Virus record (IMG/VR): IMGVR_UViG_3300025108_000058
Span: 1 to 56,849 of that record
From: a virus
Lineage: Duplodnaviria; Caudoviricetes
Length of the DNA: 56,849 nt
Strand: one strand, 5' to 3'
The notes below the pieces were generated by a model. The model saw only the letters and a list, made by a program, of their open reading frames with translations. It ran no database searches and was not told the origin of the DNA. Positions 8,841-18,718 of this stretch are shown here, one piece after another; within the stretch, counting starts at the first letter, position 1; each line of letters starts with the position of its first letter. The position numbers and the translations under genes are program-made.

Positions 8841-10944
8841 CGTTGTAAAGTACCTTATTAGTTAAATTATTATGTGTATCATAATTAAAAATAAAATTGG
8901 AATTGTGTTGAAGTACATCTTTCATATCAATATACATATCTAAAAACTGTTGCTTAGTTTTAGTAGATAATCTGTGAACTATCTTACAAACATATTCAAA
9001 TCTTAACCAGTCATCTTCAATATCATCATAACTTTCGTCCCACCATTTGCCAAAAGTTTTAAAACCTCTCTTACGAAGTTCTTCTAAATGTCCTTTCGGA
9101 CCAAATTGAATTACTGGATGACCACAGTACATGGGATTAAAAGTAGAGCTATGTAAATGACAAGCTTTATCCATTGGAAAAGCACAAAATACGACGCTTA
9201 TAAAAGTATTTCTATAGTGAATAGGTCTAAATGGTAAGTCAGCATTGAAGAACCCTTTACCTCCTCCTGGTTCTCCATGATTGTGTATATCTGATTCGTC
9301 TATATCGAAAGGTATCTTTTCTTTAAGAGATTCTATATTTTCATCCGTTACTAAAGAAGGAAATAGTTCTTTTACTTCATGACTATAAAATTCATTATTG
9401 TACTTTGGAAAACTAATTTTAAACTTGTGATATAAATTATGTTCATTTACATACAACATAAAAAGATTTCTTTCAGGTCTACCGGTTCTGTTTACTTTTA
9501 AAAAAGGAACAGTAGTATTTAAATTTTCAGTTTTATATTTTATCTCTTCTTCTATATCAACAAACTTTGGTAGATACGCATCTTTATATTCTAAACCTGT
9601 TTTAGGGTCTTTAAGTCTTTTAATATCAACAACATTATAAAGGTAAGATATAACGTTTATATGTTCTGTAAAATTACTATTATCAGTTTTAAAAGTATTG
9701 AAATCTCTTTCAGCAAATAAATTATTAGTAACGTATACTATATTTTTTCTATTGAGTCCTAATATATCTGTGTTCTTATAAAGTTCAGACAAGAATTGAA
9801 ATATAGGCTTACCTTCTAAACTATCATCTAATATTAGTTTACAGTCTCCAGTTCGCAACCCTTCTAATACTTTTTCTGGTAATTTATGTAAACACGATGC
9901 CACAAGTGGAGTATCGTGATGGATCATAGTGTGGTATGTAAAACGACCTTTGTCGTGTTTTGCTAAGTCTCCATTAGGTAATTTCATTAAGTTATCGATA
10001 TTGGTTTGAGAAAATATCGGTCTAACCATTACATGACCGTTTGCATCAATATCATTTATTTCAGGTACGTCTCTATAATGATATAGAATCTCTTCTGTAG
10101 GTTTATCTAATCTAGCTAAATTAATAGCATCATGTAGAGCTGGTAAATCTTTTTTAGTAAAGTATTGATAAAGGTATTCAGCCCATATATCATGACCTTG
10201 TTCATTTGGGTGCATGCCATCAAAACAGTGATTTTTACCAAACTTATCTAAATAACCTTTAAAACTTGTTAGACAAAAGTAATTTTCTACTATTTCCCTG
10301 TATACATCAATTAGGCTGTAAATATTAAGATGTTTAAGGTAGCTTCTAGACATTGAAGCTTCTAGTAAATCTATACTACTATGTAAATCAAATCCAAATT
10401 TGCCATCATTATCTTGGTAAAAAGCATTAAAAAAAGTATGGTCTATACCTTTATACTGTAAAAACTGATGTATAAGAAAGACTGATTGTAAATATCTTGA
10501 AATATACTCTTCTTTATTCCAGTATATAGACGAATAAACTTTTTTAAATAAACTTCTCTCTTCGGATAGTTCAGAAGAATCTAAAGGGTAAAGCACATCC
10601 CATCCATAATCATTATCTTTCTTATGGTAGAAGTCTTTTCTCTCTGGTGAAGTTAAACCTATTACTACTTTGATTTCTTGCGGTTCATAATTTTTAAGTA
10701 AGTTAAGAACGTTGTCTATTACCCTTCTTACAATACCGTCGTTAGATGATCCTGCAACAGCCGTATTCATCGACTTTACACCTAATTTAGTAGCTAATTT
10801 ATGAGGCCAAACTTTAGGTAATCTATAATTATCATTAATTTTTGCGTTAACATTACCAGCTAAGTCTTCTTTTATTCTTGGGTCAATAATATCTCCTGCA
10901 GTCCAGCTATCTCCTTCTGTTAATAGTATTTTTAACTTATCCAT
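8818..10944 (-). CDS. SGNH hydrolase domain fused to a putative glycosyltransferase-like C-terminal domain
   Basis: EGDSWTAG, GSSN, DGMHPNEQGH (SGNH blocks); C-terminal HPVIQFG...GFKTF..WWDESYD region resembling phage glycan-island proteins. Confidence 0.65.
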   Translation of the reverse strand: MDKLKILLTEGDSWTAGDIIDPRIKEDLAGNVNAKINDNYRLPKVWPHKLATKLGVKSMNTAVAGSSNDGIVRRVIDNVLNLLKNYEPQEIKVVIGLTSPERKDFYHKKDNDYGWDVLYPLDSSELSEERSLFKKVYSSIYWNKEEYISRYLQSVFLIHQFLQYKGIDHTFFNAFYQDNDGKFGFDLHSSIDLLEASMSRSYLKHLNIYSLIDVYREIVENYFCLTSFKGYLDKFGKNHCFDGMHPNEQGHDIWAEYLYQYFTKKDLPALHDAINLARLDKPTEEILYHYRDVPEINDIDANGHVMVRPIFSQTNIDNLMKLPNGDLAKHDKGRFTYHTMIHHDTPLVASCLHKLPEKVLEGLRTGDCKLILDDSLEGKPIFQFLSELYKNTDILGLNRKNIVYVTNNLFAERDFNTFKTDNSNFTEHINVISYLYNVVDIKRLKDPKTGLEYKDAYLPKFVDIEEEIKYKTENLNTTVPFLKVNRTGRPERNLFMLYVNEHNLYHKFKISFPKYNNEFYSHEVKELFPSLVTDENIESLKEKIPFDIDESDIHNHGEPGGGKGFFNADLPFRPIHYRNTFISVVFCAFPMDKACHLHSSTFNPMYCGHPVIQFGPKGHLEELRKRGFKTFGKWWDESYDDIEDDWLRFEYVCKIVHRLSTKTKQQFLDMYIDMKDVLQHNSNFIFNYDTHNNLTNKVLYNDEIFSSN

Positions 10945-11723
10945 CTGTAGTCGTATTTTAACAAGTGCATACCGTTACCTGAGTAATCTCTAGCCTTAAG
11001 TGGGGTTGTTTCTTCAAAATTTGTTGATATATAGATTGCATCTCCCTTAGTATCAAAACCATTATCTTTAAACTGTTCATAATCGTTAAACGCTAATTTA
11101 ATATCATTTTCAGACATAGTAGCTTCTTGAATATGTAGTAAGCTGATGTCTCCTGTGTAAACACATTGGAATACTTGTGGTGTATCGCCATCTTCGTTTG
11201 GTAATCCAGTAGCAGTCCCGCACCACATAAGTGCTTTCGTATAATCAATCATACCGTTTACTGCACATGAATTAGCACCAATACCGGGTATATCAATAGT
11301 TACTTCATTATTATATTTTCTGATAATTACGTTGTAGGTACCGTCAAATTCAGGCTCTACCATTAAGGATGCTTTAGCTACTCTATCTTTAGATGAATCC
11401 GGATCTTCATCCCAGTTAGGATTTTCCCACCATTCATACTCTAAGTGGTGTTTTACTAAATTAGTCTCATCAATAAACGTAGTCAAAAATAATCCACAGT
11501 GTTTACCATTTTTACCAAAAATACACTGTTTAACGTACACAGTTGTATTGTAAAACGGATCTTCTTTACGATCTTCTAAAAGTTCATATATGTTATCAAG
11601 ATCTGGTTTAAATCTAATTAATGCTGTAAAGTCATTTACTAACATTTGATGTGTGTGATTCTGTCTTACTCCATGTCTATCGATGTCATGAAATAAATAA
11701 GTGTAGTCTTTATGTAACCTCAT
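10932..11723 (-). CDS. LamG/concanavalin-A-like domain protein
   Basis: DFTALIRFKP start strand, YTGDIS, and ARDYSGNGMH (compare LMDLSGNNNDG in 14598..16022). Confidence 0.5.
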   Translation of the reverse strand: MRLHKDYTYLFHDIDRHGVRQNHTHQMLVNDFTALIRFKPDLDNIYELLEDRKEDPFYNTTVYVKQCIFGKNGKHCGLFLTTFIDETNLVKHHLEYEWWENPNWDEDPDSSKDRVAKASLMVEPEFDGTYNVIIRKYNNEVTIDIPGIGANSCAVNGMIDYTKALMWCGTATGLPNEDGDTPQVFQCVYTGDISLLHIQEATMSENDIKLAFNDYEQFKDNGFDTKGDAIYISTNFEETTPLKARDYSGNGMHLLKYDYRWIS

Positions 11724-13180
11724 TATATTGTTATTGCTTGTGTAAAATGATAAAATTCTTCTAGTTCAGGGAAAGTTTTACAGAAATCTGTACCTCTTCT
11801 TGCATCATGAGCTTTGAAATATCTTCCAAAATCTCTCTGTTGTCTCAATATAGCTTCAGGATCTTTAAATTTAGAGACCATCCAATCGTATGTTCTTTTA
11901 ATTTTCTGTACTTCGACATCAGAATAACCAATTAGTTTATGATCAAATTTTGGTATCCCAAGATAATCCATATATAGTACAGTGTCCCATAATATTGGTG
12001 CAAAATCTCCTTCTGGTAATACCTGTACTGTTTGATGTATAGGATGTCTGAGGTATGAGCTATCTAAGAATACAGCAGATACCCAGTATCTATCTGAGGA
12101 TCCGTATGTTTCTTTAAGCTTGTATATTCCGTCGACTAAAGGCTTGTAAGAAGTAACAGATAAAGCATTAAAGGTAGACATTACAGTAATGTTTACTCTA
12201 GGACATGCAGTAAGTATTTTATTCATATTTGCCCAGAATCTGTTAAATTCAAGACCGTTTCTGATATACTCTGCTCTTTCACCCCATGCATCTACGGAAG
12301 TAAAGATAATAAATTCATTAACTCTTCCTTCGTCTTCTATTCTTTTTATTTTTTCTATTAATTTATCAACTAAATTATCAGGTACTCCTAGATTAGAATT
12401 AATAGCTAAGTTTAGTTTCTTATTAGGGTTAGGTTGTTCTATAATATAATCTAATATCTTCCAAGTATCTTTTGATAGTAACGGTTCTCCTCCGGTAATT
12501 CTAAAGGTATGTAAGTCTCTATAGAGATCAGGCCACCATTTCCAAAATGCTTCTACATATGGATTGTGTTCTGTGTGATGTATAGGCATTTTGCCATTAG
12601 AAATCAATCCTTGAAGATCATTAAAGTTATCTTGAGTAGGGTAAGGACCGTGTTTTTTAGCCTCTTCAACCCACTTTGATGAAAACGATGGACCGCAGTA
12701 TGAACATTTAAAATTACATAGATTAGAAAACGATACCTCGACATATTTTGGGTTATAATCTTCTCTCCATCCTAAATTTTTAATTTCATTAAAGTATGGT
12801 TTAGACCAAGACTCATTAGATTTGAATACTCTATCAGAAAACTGAGGAGAATTATCTTCAACGTTCCAGCAGTAATCACATTCAGCAGGTCTTTTACCTT
12901 CTAGCATCTCTTTCCTCTTCATTTTCTTAAACTTGGTATTATGAAGTGCTGAAGGATTACGTTTTAGTTCATGTAATGGTATTTTATGAGTAGCAGGGTG
13001 ATGACAAGAGTGCGTTTGACCCATGTGTAGATGTATAGTAGTTTGAGTCCATTTAGCTAAACACATACCACATCCAACACCATCTAATTTTTCCTTTGTA
13101 GTGGCATAATCGTGGTTACCGAGTAGAATTTTTCTATGCTCTTTTTCTTTTGCTAAAGCATCATTTTGTTCACTTATCAT
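11723..13180 (-). CDS. Twitch/SPASM-domain radical SAM protein
   Basis: CNFKCSYC radical SAM motif, ITGGEPLL, N-terminal CLAKW...SCHH...CDYCW auxiliary cluster ligands. Confidence 0.88.
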   Translation of the reverse strand: MISEQNDALAKEKEHRKILLGNHDYATTKEKLDGVGCGMCLAKWTQTTIHLHMGQTHSCHHPATHKIPLHELKRNPSALHNTKFKKMKRKEMLEGKRPAECDYCWNVEDNSPQFSDRVFKSNESWSKPYFNEIKNLGWREDYNPKYVEVSFSNLCNFKCSYCGPSFSSKWVEEAKKHGPYPTQDNFNDLQGLISNGKMPIHHTEHNPYVEAFWKWWPDLYRDLHTFRITGGEPLLSKDTWKILDYIIEQPNPNKKLNLAINSNLGVPDNLVDKLIEKIKRIEDEGRVNEFIIFTSVDAWGERAEYIRNGLEFNRFWANMNKILTACPRVNITVMSTFNALSVTSYKPLVDGIYKLKETYGSSDRYWVSAVFLDSSYLRHPIHQTVQVLPEGDFAPILWDTVLYMDYLGIPKFDHKLIGYSDVEVQKIKRTYDWMVSKFKDPEAILRQQRDFGRYFKAHDARRGTDFCKTFPELEEFYHFTQAITI

Positions 13181-14601
13181 AATTTTATATTTATCATTTT
13201 AGCCCAGGGCGTGAATTTTTCTTCTCCTACAATTTCAAACTGCAGTTGTTTTATACCGTCTCCTTTATAGTTAATTTTTCCTTGTTGCATTTGTGTAACG
13301 TATCTTTTTTCATTTCTTGCTGTAGTTTCTCCTTTTGCCCATTTGCCGTTTACTAGTCCTTCATCTTTATGAGGTAAACATCTAAATCTACCGCTAATTC
13401 TATGAGGTATAATAGAGTTTGGTACGATAATGTCTTCTTGTAGCATTTCTACATCAGTAGCTTCATAACCTGTTTTAGGTTCATTAAAGTCTAAATCTAA
13501 CACCCTATTGCCTACCGGTATTGAAAGATTCAAAGTATTAACTTCCTCTGGTTTTAAACATCTATTCCAAGCAAACACTTTAGCAATATCCCCCTTAAAA
13601 AAACCATGTATCTTATCAGGAAACGATGGGGAGTGTCCCAGATAAATATCTTGTAATCCATAACTTTTAAGATTACTGTCCCATTTTAAAGGTGAAGGGC
13701 TTCCGTAACCTGCTTTTGAGTCTACTTCTGTACCGTTGAGATATAAATGAGATAATTTTTCATACTTATCAAACGTAGCTGTTACCCAGCTCCATTGATC
13801 AGCATATCTTTTGATCCACATATAGTGGTGTTTATTAAAATTGTTCCAGTAAGTTAAAGAAATAGCTCTAGAATTATTAAAACTAATACCGTAATCGTAT
13901 CCGGGTATTCTAAAAATAGGATGTTCTATGTACTTAATTTCAGCATCACCAATCAAAAATATACCGGTCTTATGTTTTTGGTGTTGATTTCTAACCAACA
14001 TAGATATAGAATGGTCGCCTGAGGTTAATCCTCTTAGTTTACGAGTAAAAGGTATTTTTATTTTTGATGAATCTCCGTTAAATCTAGCAAATTTTTGTTG
14101 TTCTGGTTTGTCTATATCTAAATAAGTAACGTTTGTGAGTCCTTCTAAGTGACATCTCCAGAATAAATCATCATCTTCCATACCCCAATCCCAATAGTCG
14201 TTTGAATAACCATTAGTAGCCTCTAAATGTTCTTTGGAAAATACTACTGCTCCACCAAAGTACTCATGATATTTCAACCCATAGTCCATTTGAGATATAT
14301 TAGTAGCGATATGTCTTGGAAATTCTCCTGGATGGCTATAATCAGCCCCTCCGTTTTGTTCAGGAATCATATCTATGTCATGAAAACAAACATAATCACA
14401 GCCGTCTTCTATTGCAATTTTAGCTCCAATATTCTTTGTAGCACCTCTGTTAAATAGTTTATCGTCAACTTGATGAATAAAGTACATTTGAAAATCAATC
14501 CCTTTTGACTTAAGGTACTTACCTGTCCTAGGAATAAACTCATGCATATGTATTTCTCTATCTCTGTATGGAATACATACTCCTAATTTATGTTTTGTCA
14601 T
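13177..14601 (-). CDS. GT7 (beta-1,4-galactosyltransferase-like) glycosyltransferase with inserted LamG domain
   Basis: PYRDR, FNRG, FHDIDM (DxD), YFGG, NGYSNDYWDWGMEDDDL; ARFNG...WSWVTATF...LYLNG...FKGDIAKV LamG; PHKD. Confidence 0.85.
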   Translation of the reverse strand: MTKHKLGVCIPYRDREIHMHEFIPRTGKYLKSKGIDFQMYFIHQVDDKLFNRGATKNIGAKIAIEDGCDYVCFHDIDMIPEQNGGADYSHPGEFPRHIATNISQMDYGLKYHEYFGGAVVFSKEHLEATNGYSNDYWDWGMEDDDLFWRCHLEGLTNVTYLDIDKPEQQKFARFNGDSSKIKIPFTRKLRGLTSGDHSISMLVRNQHQKHKTGIFLIGDAEIKYIEHPIFRIPGYDYGISFNNSRAISLTYWNNFNKHHYMWIKRYADQWSWVTATFDKYEKLSHLYLNGTEVDSKAGYGSPSPLKWDSNLKSYGLQDIYLGHSPSFPDKIHGFFKGDIAKVFAWNRCLKPEEVNTLNLSIPVGNRVLDLDFNEPKTGYEATDVEMLQEDIIVPNSIIPHRISGRFRCLPHKDEGLVNGKWAKGETTARNEKRYVTQMQQGKINYKGDGIKQLQFEIVGEEKFTPWAKMINIKL

Positions 14602-16022
14602 ATAGCTACTATTAAATGAGTGACATTACCGGTCTTAGTACTAGAATGTATATCAAACTCTAAATTACTTATTCCGTCTATACTAGGATTATGCCAGTTA
14701 TTTTTAACTTCATTATTAAATCTTAACTGGTTGTAACGTGTGTTAAGATCTTGCCAGGAATTATTACTAAATCCTGCATCTTCGTGATCTAGTAATTTAT
14801 ATCTACCTAATCGTCTAAAAGGTTTCGGTATTACCGTACTGCTTTCTAAATCAGTAGGAACCATTTCACAGTTCTTTATAACACCATCATTATTATTACC
14901 TGATAGATCCATTAGTTTGTATCCTTTGATAAACTTACCGTCGTAATAAGTCATTAATTTACCTGCACTTAAGTAATCGCCAAAATTTTGAGTTAGCCCG
15001 AAATATCTATTTTTACTTATTTCTACTATTTCTTTTGTGTCTAATTTATTTTTAAATATAGCTAGACTGTCTACCTTACCTTTATAGAATTTATTCTGTT
15101 CTTCTCTATTAGGATCAGAAACTCCTAGATACATAAACCTAGATTTTGAATAGTCAAGTATCTGAGTGTCTAAATTAACTTTACCAATCGATTCACCATT
15201 AATAAACCCTTCAATAACTTTATCTACACTATTATAAGAAACTACTGCAGTAACTTTCTTCATAGAATCTTCATCGGAATAGACCTGAATGTATTTTTTA
15301 CGTTTATTAAATAGTTCAACTTTATATCTGTTAAAACTATTCCATCCGATATTGAAATCATATCCAGGTATACCAAAAGCTGTGAAAAAATCATCTCTAG
15401 CATTTAAATCAAAATCAGTATGCTCAGGATGAAAACTAACAAAAATAGTAAAGTCCTTAGAAAAATTAATTGTATTTTTTATTTCAACATATGAATCTCT
15501 ACCGTTAAACTTTAAAGCTGCTGTTTTAGGTCCTGAGTTCTTAAGAAGAGTAGTGTCACAGGGTAGGTTATAATGTAAACATCTCCAAAGTAAATCATCA
15601 TCTTCAAATCCCCAACCCCAGTAGTTATTACTGTACCCGTTAATTTTTTCAAATAACTCTACTGGAAATAAAGTTACTCCACCAAAGTATTGGTCGAATA
15701 TAGGTTTATTTGTGTTATCTGATGAGACTAAAGTAGTAGCCATATGAATAGGTACGTTACTGTAGCTGTAATCTGCTTTAGATGGGAGCATATCTACATC
15801 GTGAAAACAAACATAATCACATTTTAGTTTCTTAGCTTCTAAAAAACCTATGTTAAGTAGTTTACCCCTATTAAAAAGCTTAGCGTCATCTTGCTCTACT
15901 ACAATTACTTTAAAATCGATTTCAGTTTTTCTTAAATACTCTTTTATCGATTGTTTAAATTCATAAAGTTGTGCGTATCTATTTCTATAAGGAACTACAA
16001 TACCAAGTTTATGCTTGGTCAT
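14598..16022 (-). CDS. GT7 (beta-1,4-galactosyltransferase-like) glycosyltransferase with inserted LamG domain
   Basis: PYRNR, FNRGKLLNIG, FHDVDM, YFGGV, NGYSNNYWGWGFEDDDL; LKFNGRDSYV...FING...YKGKVDSL...DLSGNNNDG LamG; LDHED. Confidence 0.88.
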   Translation of the reverse strand: MTKHKLGIVVPYRNRYAQLYEFKQSIKEYLRKTEIDFKVIVVEQDDAKLFNRGKLLNIGFLEAKKLKCDYVCFHDVDMLPSKADYSYSNVPIHMATTLVSSDNTNKPIFDQYFGGVTLFPVELFEKINGYSNNYWGWGFEDDDLLWRCLHYNLPCDTTLLKNSGPKTAALKFNGRDSYVEIKNTINFSKDFTIFVSFHPEHTDFDLNARDDFFTAFGIPGYDFNIGWNSFNRYKVELFNKRKKYIQVYSDEDSMKKVTAVVSYNSVDKVIEGFINGESIGKVNLDTQILDYSKSRFMYLGVSDPNREEQNKFYKGKVDSLAIFKNKLDTKEIVEISKNRYFGLTQNFGDYLSAGKLMTYYDGKFIKGYKLMDLSGNNNDGVIKNCEMVPTDLESSTVIPKPFRRLGRYKLLDHEDAGFSNNSWQDLNTRYNQLRFNNEVKNNWHNPSIDGISNLEFDIHSSTKTGNVTHLIVAI

Positions 16023-16215
16023 TTGATGAGCCTTTTGCTATAGTCATGAATTCGTGTAAGTAGAACTGTGCTCTTTCATCCCATTGTGAAAAATCTTTCT
16101 CTTCGAACCATAATGCTAATGCATCAGTAGATGCTGCAATTTTCTCTAATGCTTTTACTTTTCTTTCTTCTAGTAATAATGCTTCTTTTTCTTGATCGGT
16201 TAATTTACCTGCCAT
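16009..16215 (-). CDS. Small hypothetical protein
   Basis: 68-aa ORF in operon, overlapping downstream gene start. Confidence 0.65.
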   Translation of the reverse strand: MAGKLTDQEKEALLLEERKVKALEKIAASTDALALWFEEKDFSQWDERAQFYLHEFMTIAKGSSNDQA

Positions 16216-16220
16216 TTTTA

Positions 16221-17060
16221 TTAAATTTTAACTATTAAACTTCTTAACTTATCCCAGTACGGGTAATCATTATAATCAATATACGAAAAGTTTTTCAACT
16301 TTTCAACTAAATATTCCTTATTTTTTATGTCTATTTTCCAATCAGATCTTGCTATAGATCTGTACATTTTATTATATTCTTTATGAAAACTATAGTGAGT
16401 TTTTGTTTCTGCTACTTCTAATAGTCGTTGAAGAACAGAAGAGTCCCACTTAAAATGGTGGACTTGAGTAAAACAATCTTCTATAGGCATTCTATCAGGA
16501 TGTCTTTCACCCCAGCTAGTAGCGTAGTTAGCAAATCTTACGTAATGCTGTCCTGGTGTTACATCTACATATCCTTTCATTAACGTAACCTTGTTAGGGC
16601 AAGCTCCAGACATTGGATACCTAAAGAATCCTGCGTAGGGAAAAGTTTCATGCACATTAGTATCTGGTTTAACTTCTGGAAATGTTCCTTGAGGTCCTAT
16701 TCTGTCTAGAAATCCTCCAGTTACAAATTTATAGTCTTTTGTCTCACACTCTTCGACTATATCTCTTACGTCTCTAGGGTATACTTGTAGTTCATCATCG
16801 TCAGATACAATCCACCATTCATCGGCTTTAGTGCGTTTAAGTTTATTGTATAGTTCTGTTACTTTGTGCCAGTCATATTTAGGTTCAGTAACTACCCTGA
16901 AGGGTGTAATACCTAATTCTTCTATTTCTTCTACTATATTATCATCTTCAGATTGCCGATATACTACTACATACATATTATCAACCATATTTCTATAGTG
17001 ATTTAACATATGAGGTAACATATGTGTATTTCTTCCGACTACTGTAGCTAAGTTAAGCAC
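16221..17060 (-). CDS. GT2-like glycosyltransferase
   Basis: LPHMLNHY, WWIVSDDDEL, PGQH, VHHFKW motifs. Confidence 0.72.
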   Translation of the reverse strand: MLNLATVVGRNTHMLPHMLNHYRNMVDNMYVVVYRQSEDDNIVEEIEELGITPFRVVTEPKYDWHKVTELYNKLKRTKADEWWIVSDDDELQVYPRDVRDIVEECETKDYKFVTGGFLDRIGPQGTFPEVKPDTNVHETFPYAGFFRYPMSGACPNKVTLMKGYVDVTPGQHYVRFANYATSWGERHPDRMPIEDCFTQVHHFKWDSSVLQRLLEVAETKTHYSFHKEYNKMYRSIARSDWKIDIKNKEYLVEKLKNFSYIDYNDYPYWDKLRSLIVKI

Positions 17061-17814
17061 GCTGTACTATTGTTAATCCTGTTGATTGAGGTTTTGATGG
17101 GTGTATACCTGTATTAAAAAAATCAAATGTCTTCCATTCAGGTCCTAATTCTTTTATAAATTTTGGTGGACCGTCAAAAAATTCATAATACTCTTTTTCA
17201 TCTTCTGTGATAATCATTTCTTTTTGGTACCTTTCATCAGTATCGTGAATAGCGATCATACCTTTTGGATTTAACAGTTGAGAGTATAGTTCAAAATCTT
17301 TTTTTACGTCTTCGTAAGAATGTCCTGCATCAATATAAAGAAAGTCGAATTTAATATCCTTCTTTACAAAATAATTGTAATATGCGTTTTCTGTAGTTTC
17401 TTTTATGAATTTAGGAATAAACTGGTATCTAAAGAAAGAATGAGGTTCTTCATAGTCTACTTTGCCTCCTACTCCGTTACATGCATCAACTAAATAAGTA
17501 ATTCCTATATCTCCATAATTAATATCGCTATCTCCATCAAATATTTCTGTGTCATGTAAATCTAATCTAGCTTGAGTCATTATTCTCGGTATAAATCCTC
17601 CTCCTGATCCTAAACAGCATAGTGTTTTATATCTCATAGCAACTATAATAGAGTGAACTAAATGACCATCTCCTAAATGGTAGTTAGTAGCACCGTGAGT
17701 CCATCTATAGGGTACTTGTCTAAACTCTTTTACCGGTTTACCGTTTATGTCTTTTGACATAACTGGATTGTTAGTAAGAAATTGTCTAATGTATTCTTTG
17801 TTGTAAATTTTCAT
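17053..17814 (-). CDS. SAM-dependent methyltransferase (Methyltransf_24-like)
   Basis: CLGSGGGF, FLYIDAGHSYEDVKKDF, GMIAIHDT. Confidence 0.8.
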   Translation of the reverse strand: MKIYNKEYIRQFLTNNPVMSKDINGKPVKEFRQVPYRWTHGATNYHLGDGHLVHSIIVAMRYKTLCCLGSGGGFIPRIMTQARLDLHDTEIFDGDSDINYGDIGITYLVDACNGVGGKVDYEEPHSFFRYQFIPKFIKETTENAYYNYFVKKDIKFDFLYIDAGHSYEDVKKDFELYSQLLNPKGMIAIHDTDERYQKEMIITEDEKEYYEFFDGPPKFIKELGPEWKTFDFFNTGIHPSKPQSTGLTIVQRA

Positions 17815-17815
17815 A

Positions 17816-18670
17816 TTAACGTTTTTCTATATGTGCTAAGTTAAGATCAGTGAAATTAATGCATCTTGTCAAATGTTGTACTTCTCTATCGTAATTCTGG
17901 TCTGCTTTATCTGCTAATATCCATCTTTTTAATGGTCCGTAATGTTTAACGTATACTTCAGATTCATATATAGGCCATATACCTCTGTCATGATGTTCAC
18001 CCCATTCCCATGCATCGCAGTCCCAGTATGTAGCTACTAAAGACTTAAACTCTACTGCTCTCATATCAAACATATGTCTAAGAAATAGTTGTTCTGCAAA
18101 AATTAAATATTGAGAGTTAGGAACATCCATTGCAGTAAATTCTTCCATCAATTTAATACTCCCTGCAGCATAATCTTGAATAAACTTTGGATCAGGTAAT
18201 TGTAAAAAACTAACATTAACTGATTCAGTTTGCCATCTAGGGGTATATGAAAGTTTTCTGACATAATCATCAACATAACCTGGATAGTATCCTTTACCGT
18301 TTTCGATATTATGAACATAAAACTTATTAGGATCTAAATAAGTCTTTATAGGAGAGAATATATGTAAATCATTATCTACCATAATACACGGTTCAGTTTG
18401 TAAAGAAAGTACTTCGAGTTTTGCTGCTGCCCAAAAGATTTTTCTGTTTATATTATAGGTAGGTTTATAAAGTATTACTTCATCCCAAAAATGTAGTGTA
18501 TTAGTTAGTTTAAGCGTTTCTCTCGATAGTTCATCGCAATATAATATACATGTATCGTCCGGGTAGAATTTCTTCCATTGTCTAATAGATGCTATAAGTA
18601 TGAGTGTGTAAAGTTTACTGTAGAAACTAGCTTCACCTTTGACATTATCTAAAACCCAAATTACTCTCAA
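17816..18670 (-). CDS. Putative GT-A nucleotide-diphospho-sugar transferase
   Basis: TTG start; FWAAAKL, MVDNDL (DxD), NVSF, FAEQ, HYG; first gene of glycan island. Confidence 0.6.
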   Translation of the reverse strand: MRVIWVLDNVKGEASFYSKLYTLILIASIRQWKKFYPDDTCILYCDELSRETLKLTNTLHFWDEVILYKPTYNINRKIFWAAAKLEVLSLQTEPCIMVDNDLHIFSPIKTYLDPNKFYVHNIENGKGYYPGYVDDYVRKLSYTPRWQTESVNVSFLQLPDPKFIQDYAAGSIKLMEEFTAMDVPNSQYLIFAEQLFLRHMFDMRAVEFKSLVATYWDCDAWEWGEHHDRGIWPIYESEVYVKHYGPLKRWILADKADQNYDREVQHLTRCINFTDLNLAHIEKR

Positions 18671-18685
18671 AACCTTTTATTTATT

Positions 18686-18717
18686 TAAATATACGAAAAA
18701 TATTTTATATACACAAG
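18686..18717 (-). promoter_or_regulatory. Bacteroidota-type sigma70 promoter candidate
   Basis: Minus strand CTTG-N20-TATATTTA, versus consensus TTTG-N19-21-TAnnTTTG; 15 nt upstream of the TTG start at 18670. Confidence 0.55.
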
Positions 18718-18718
18718 T

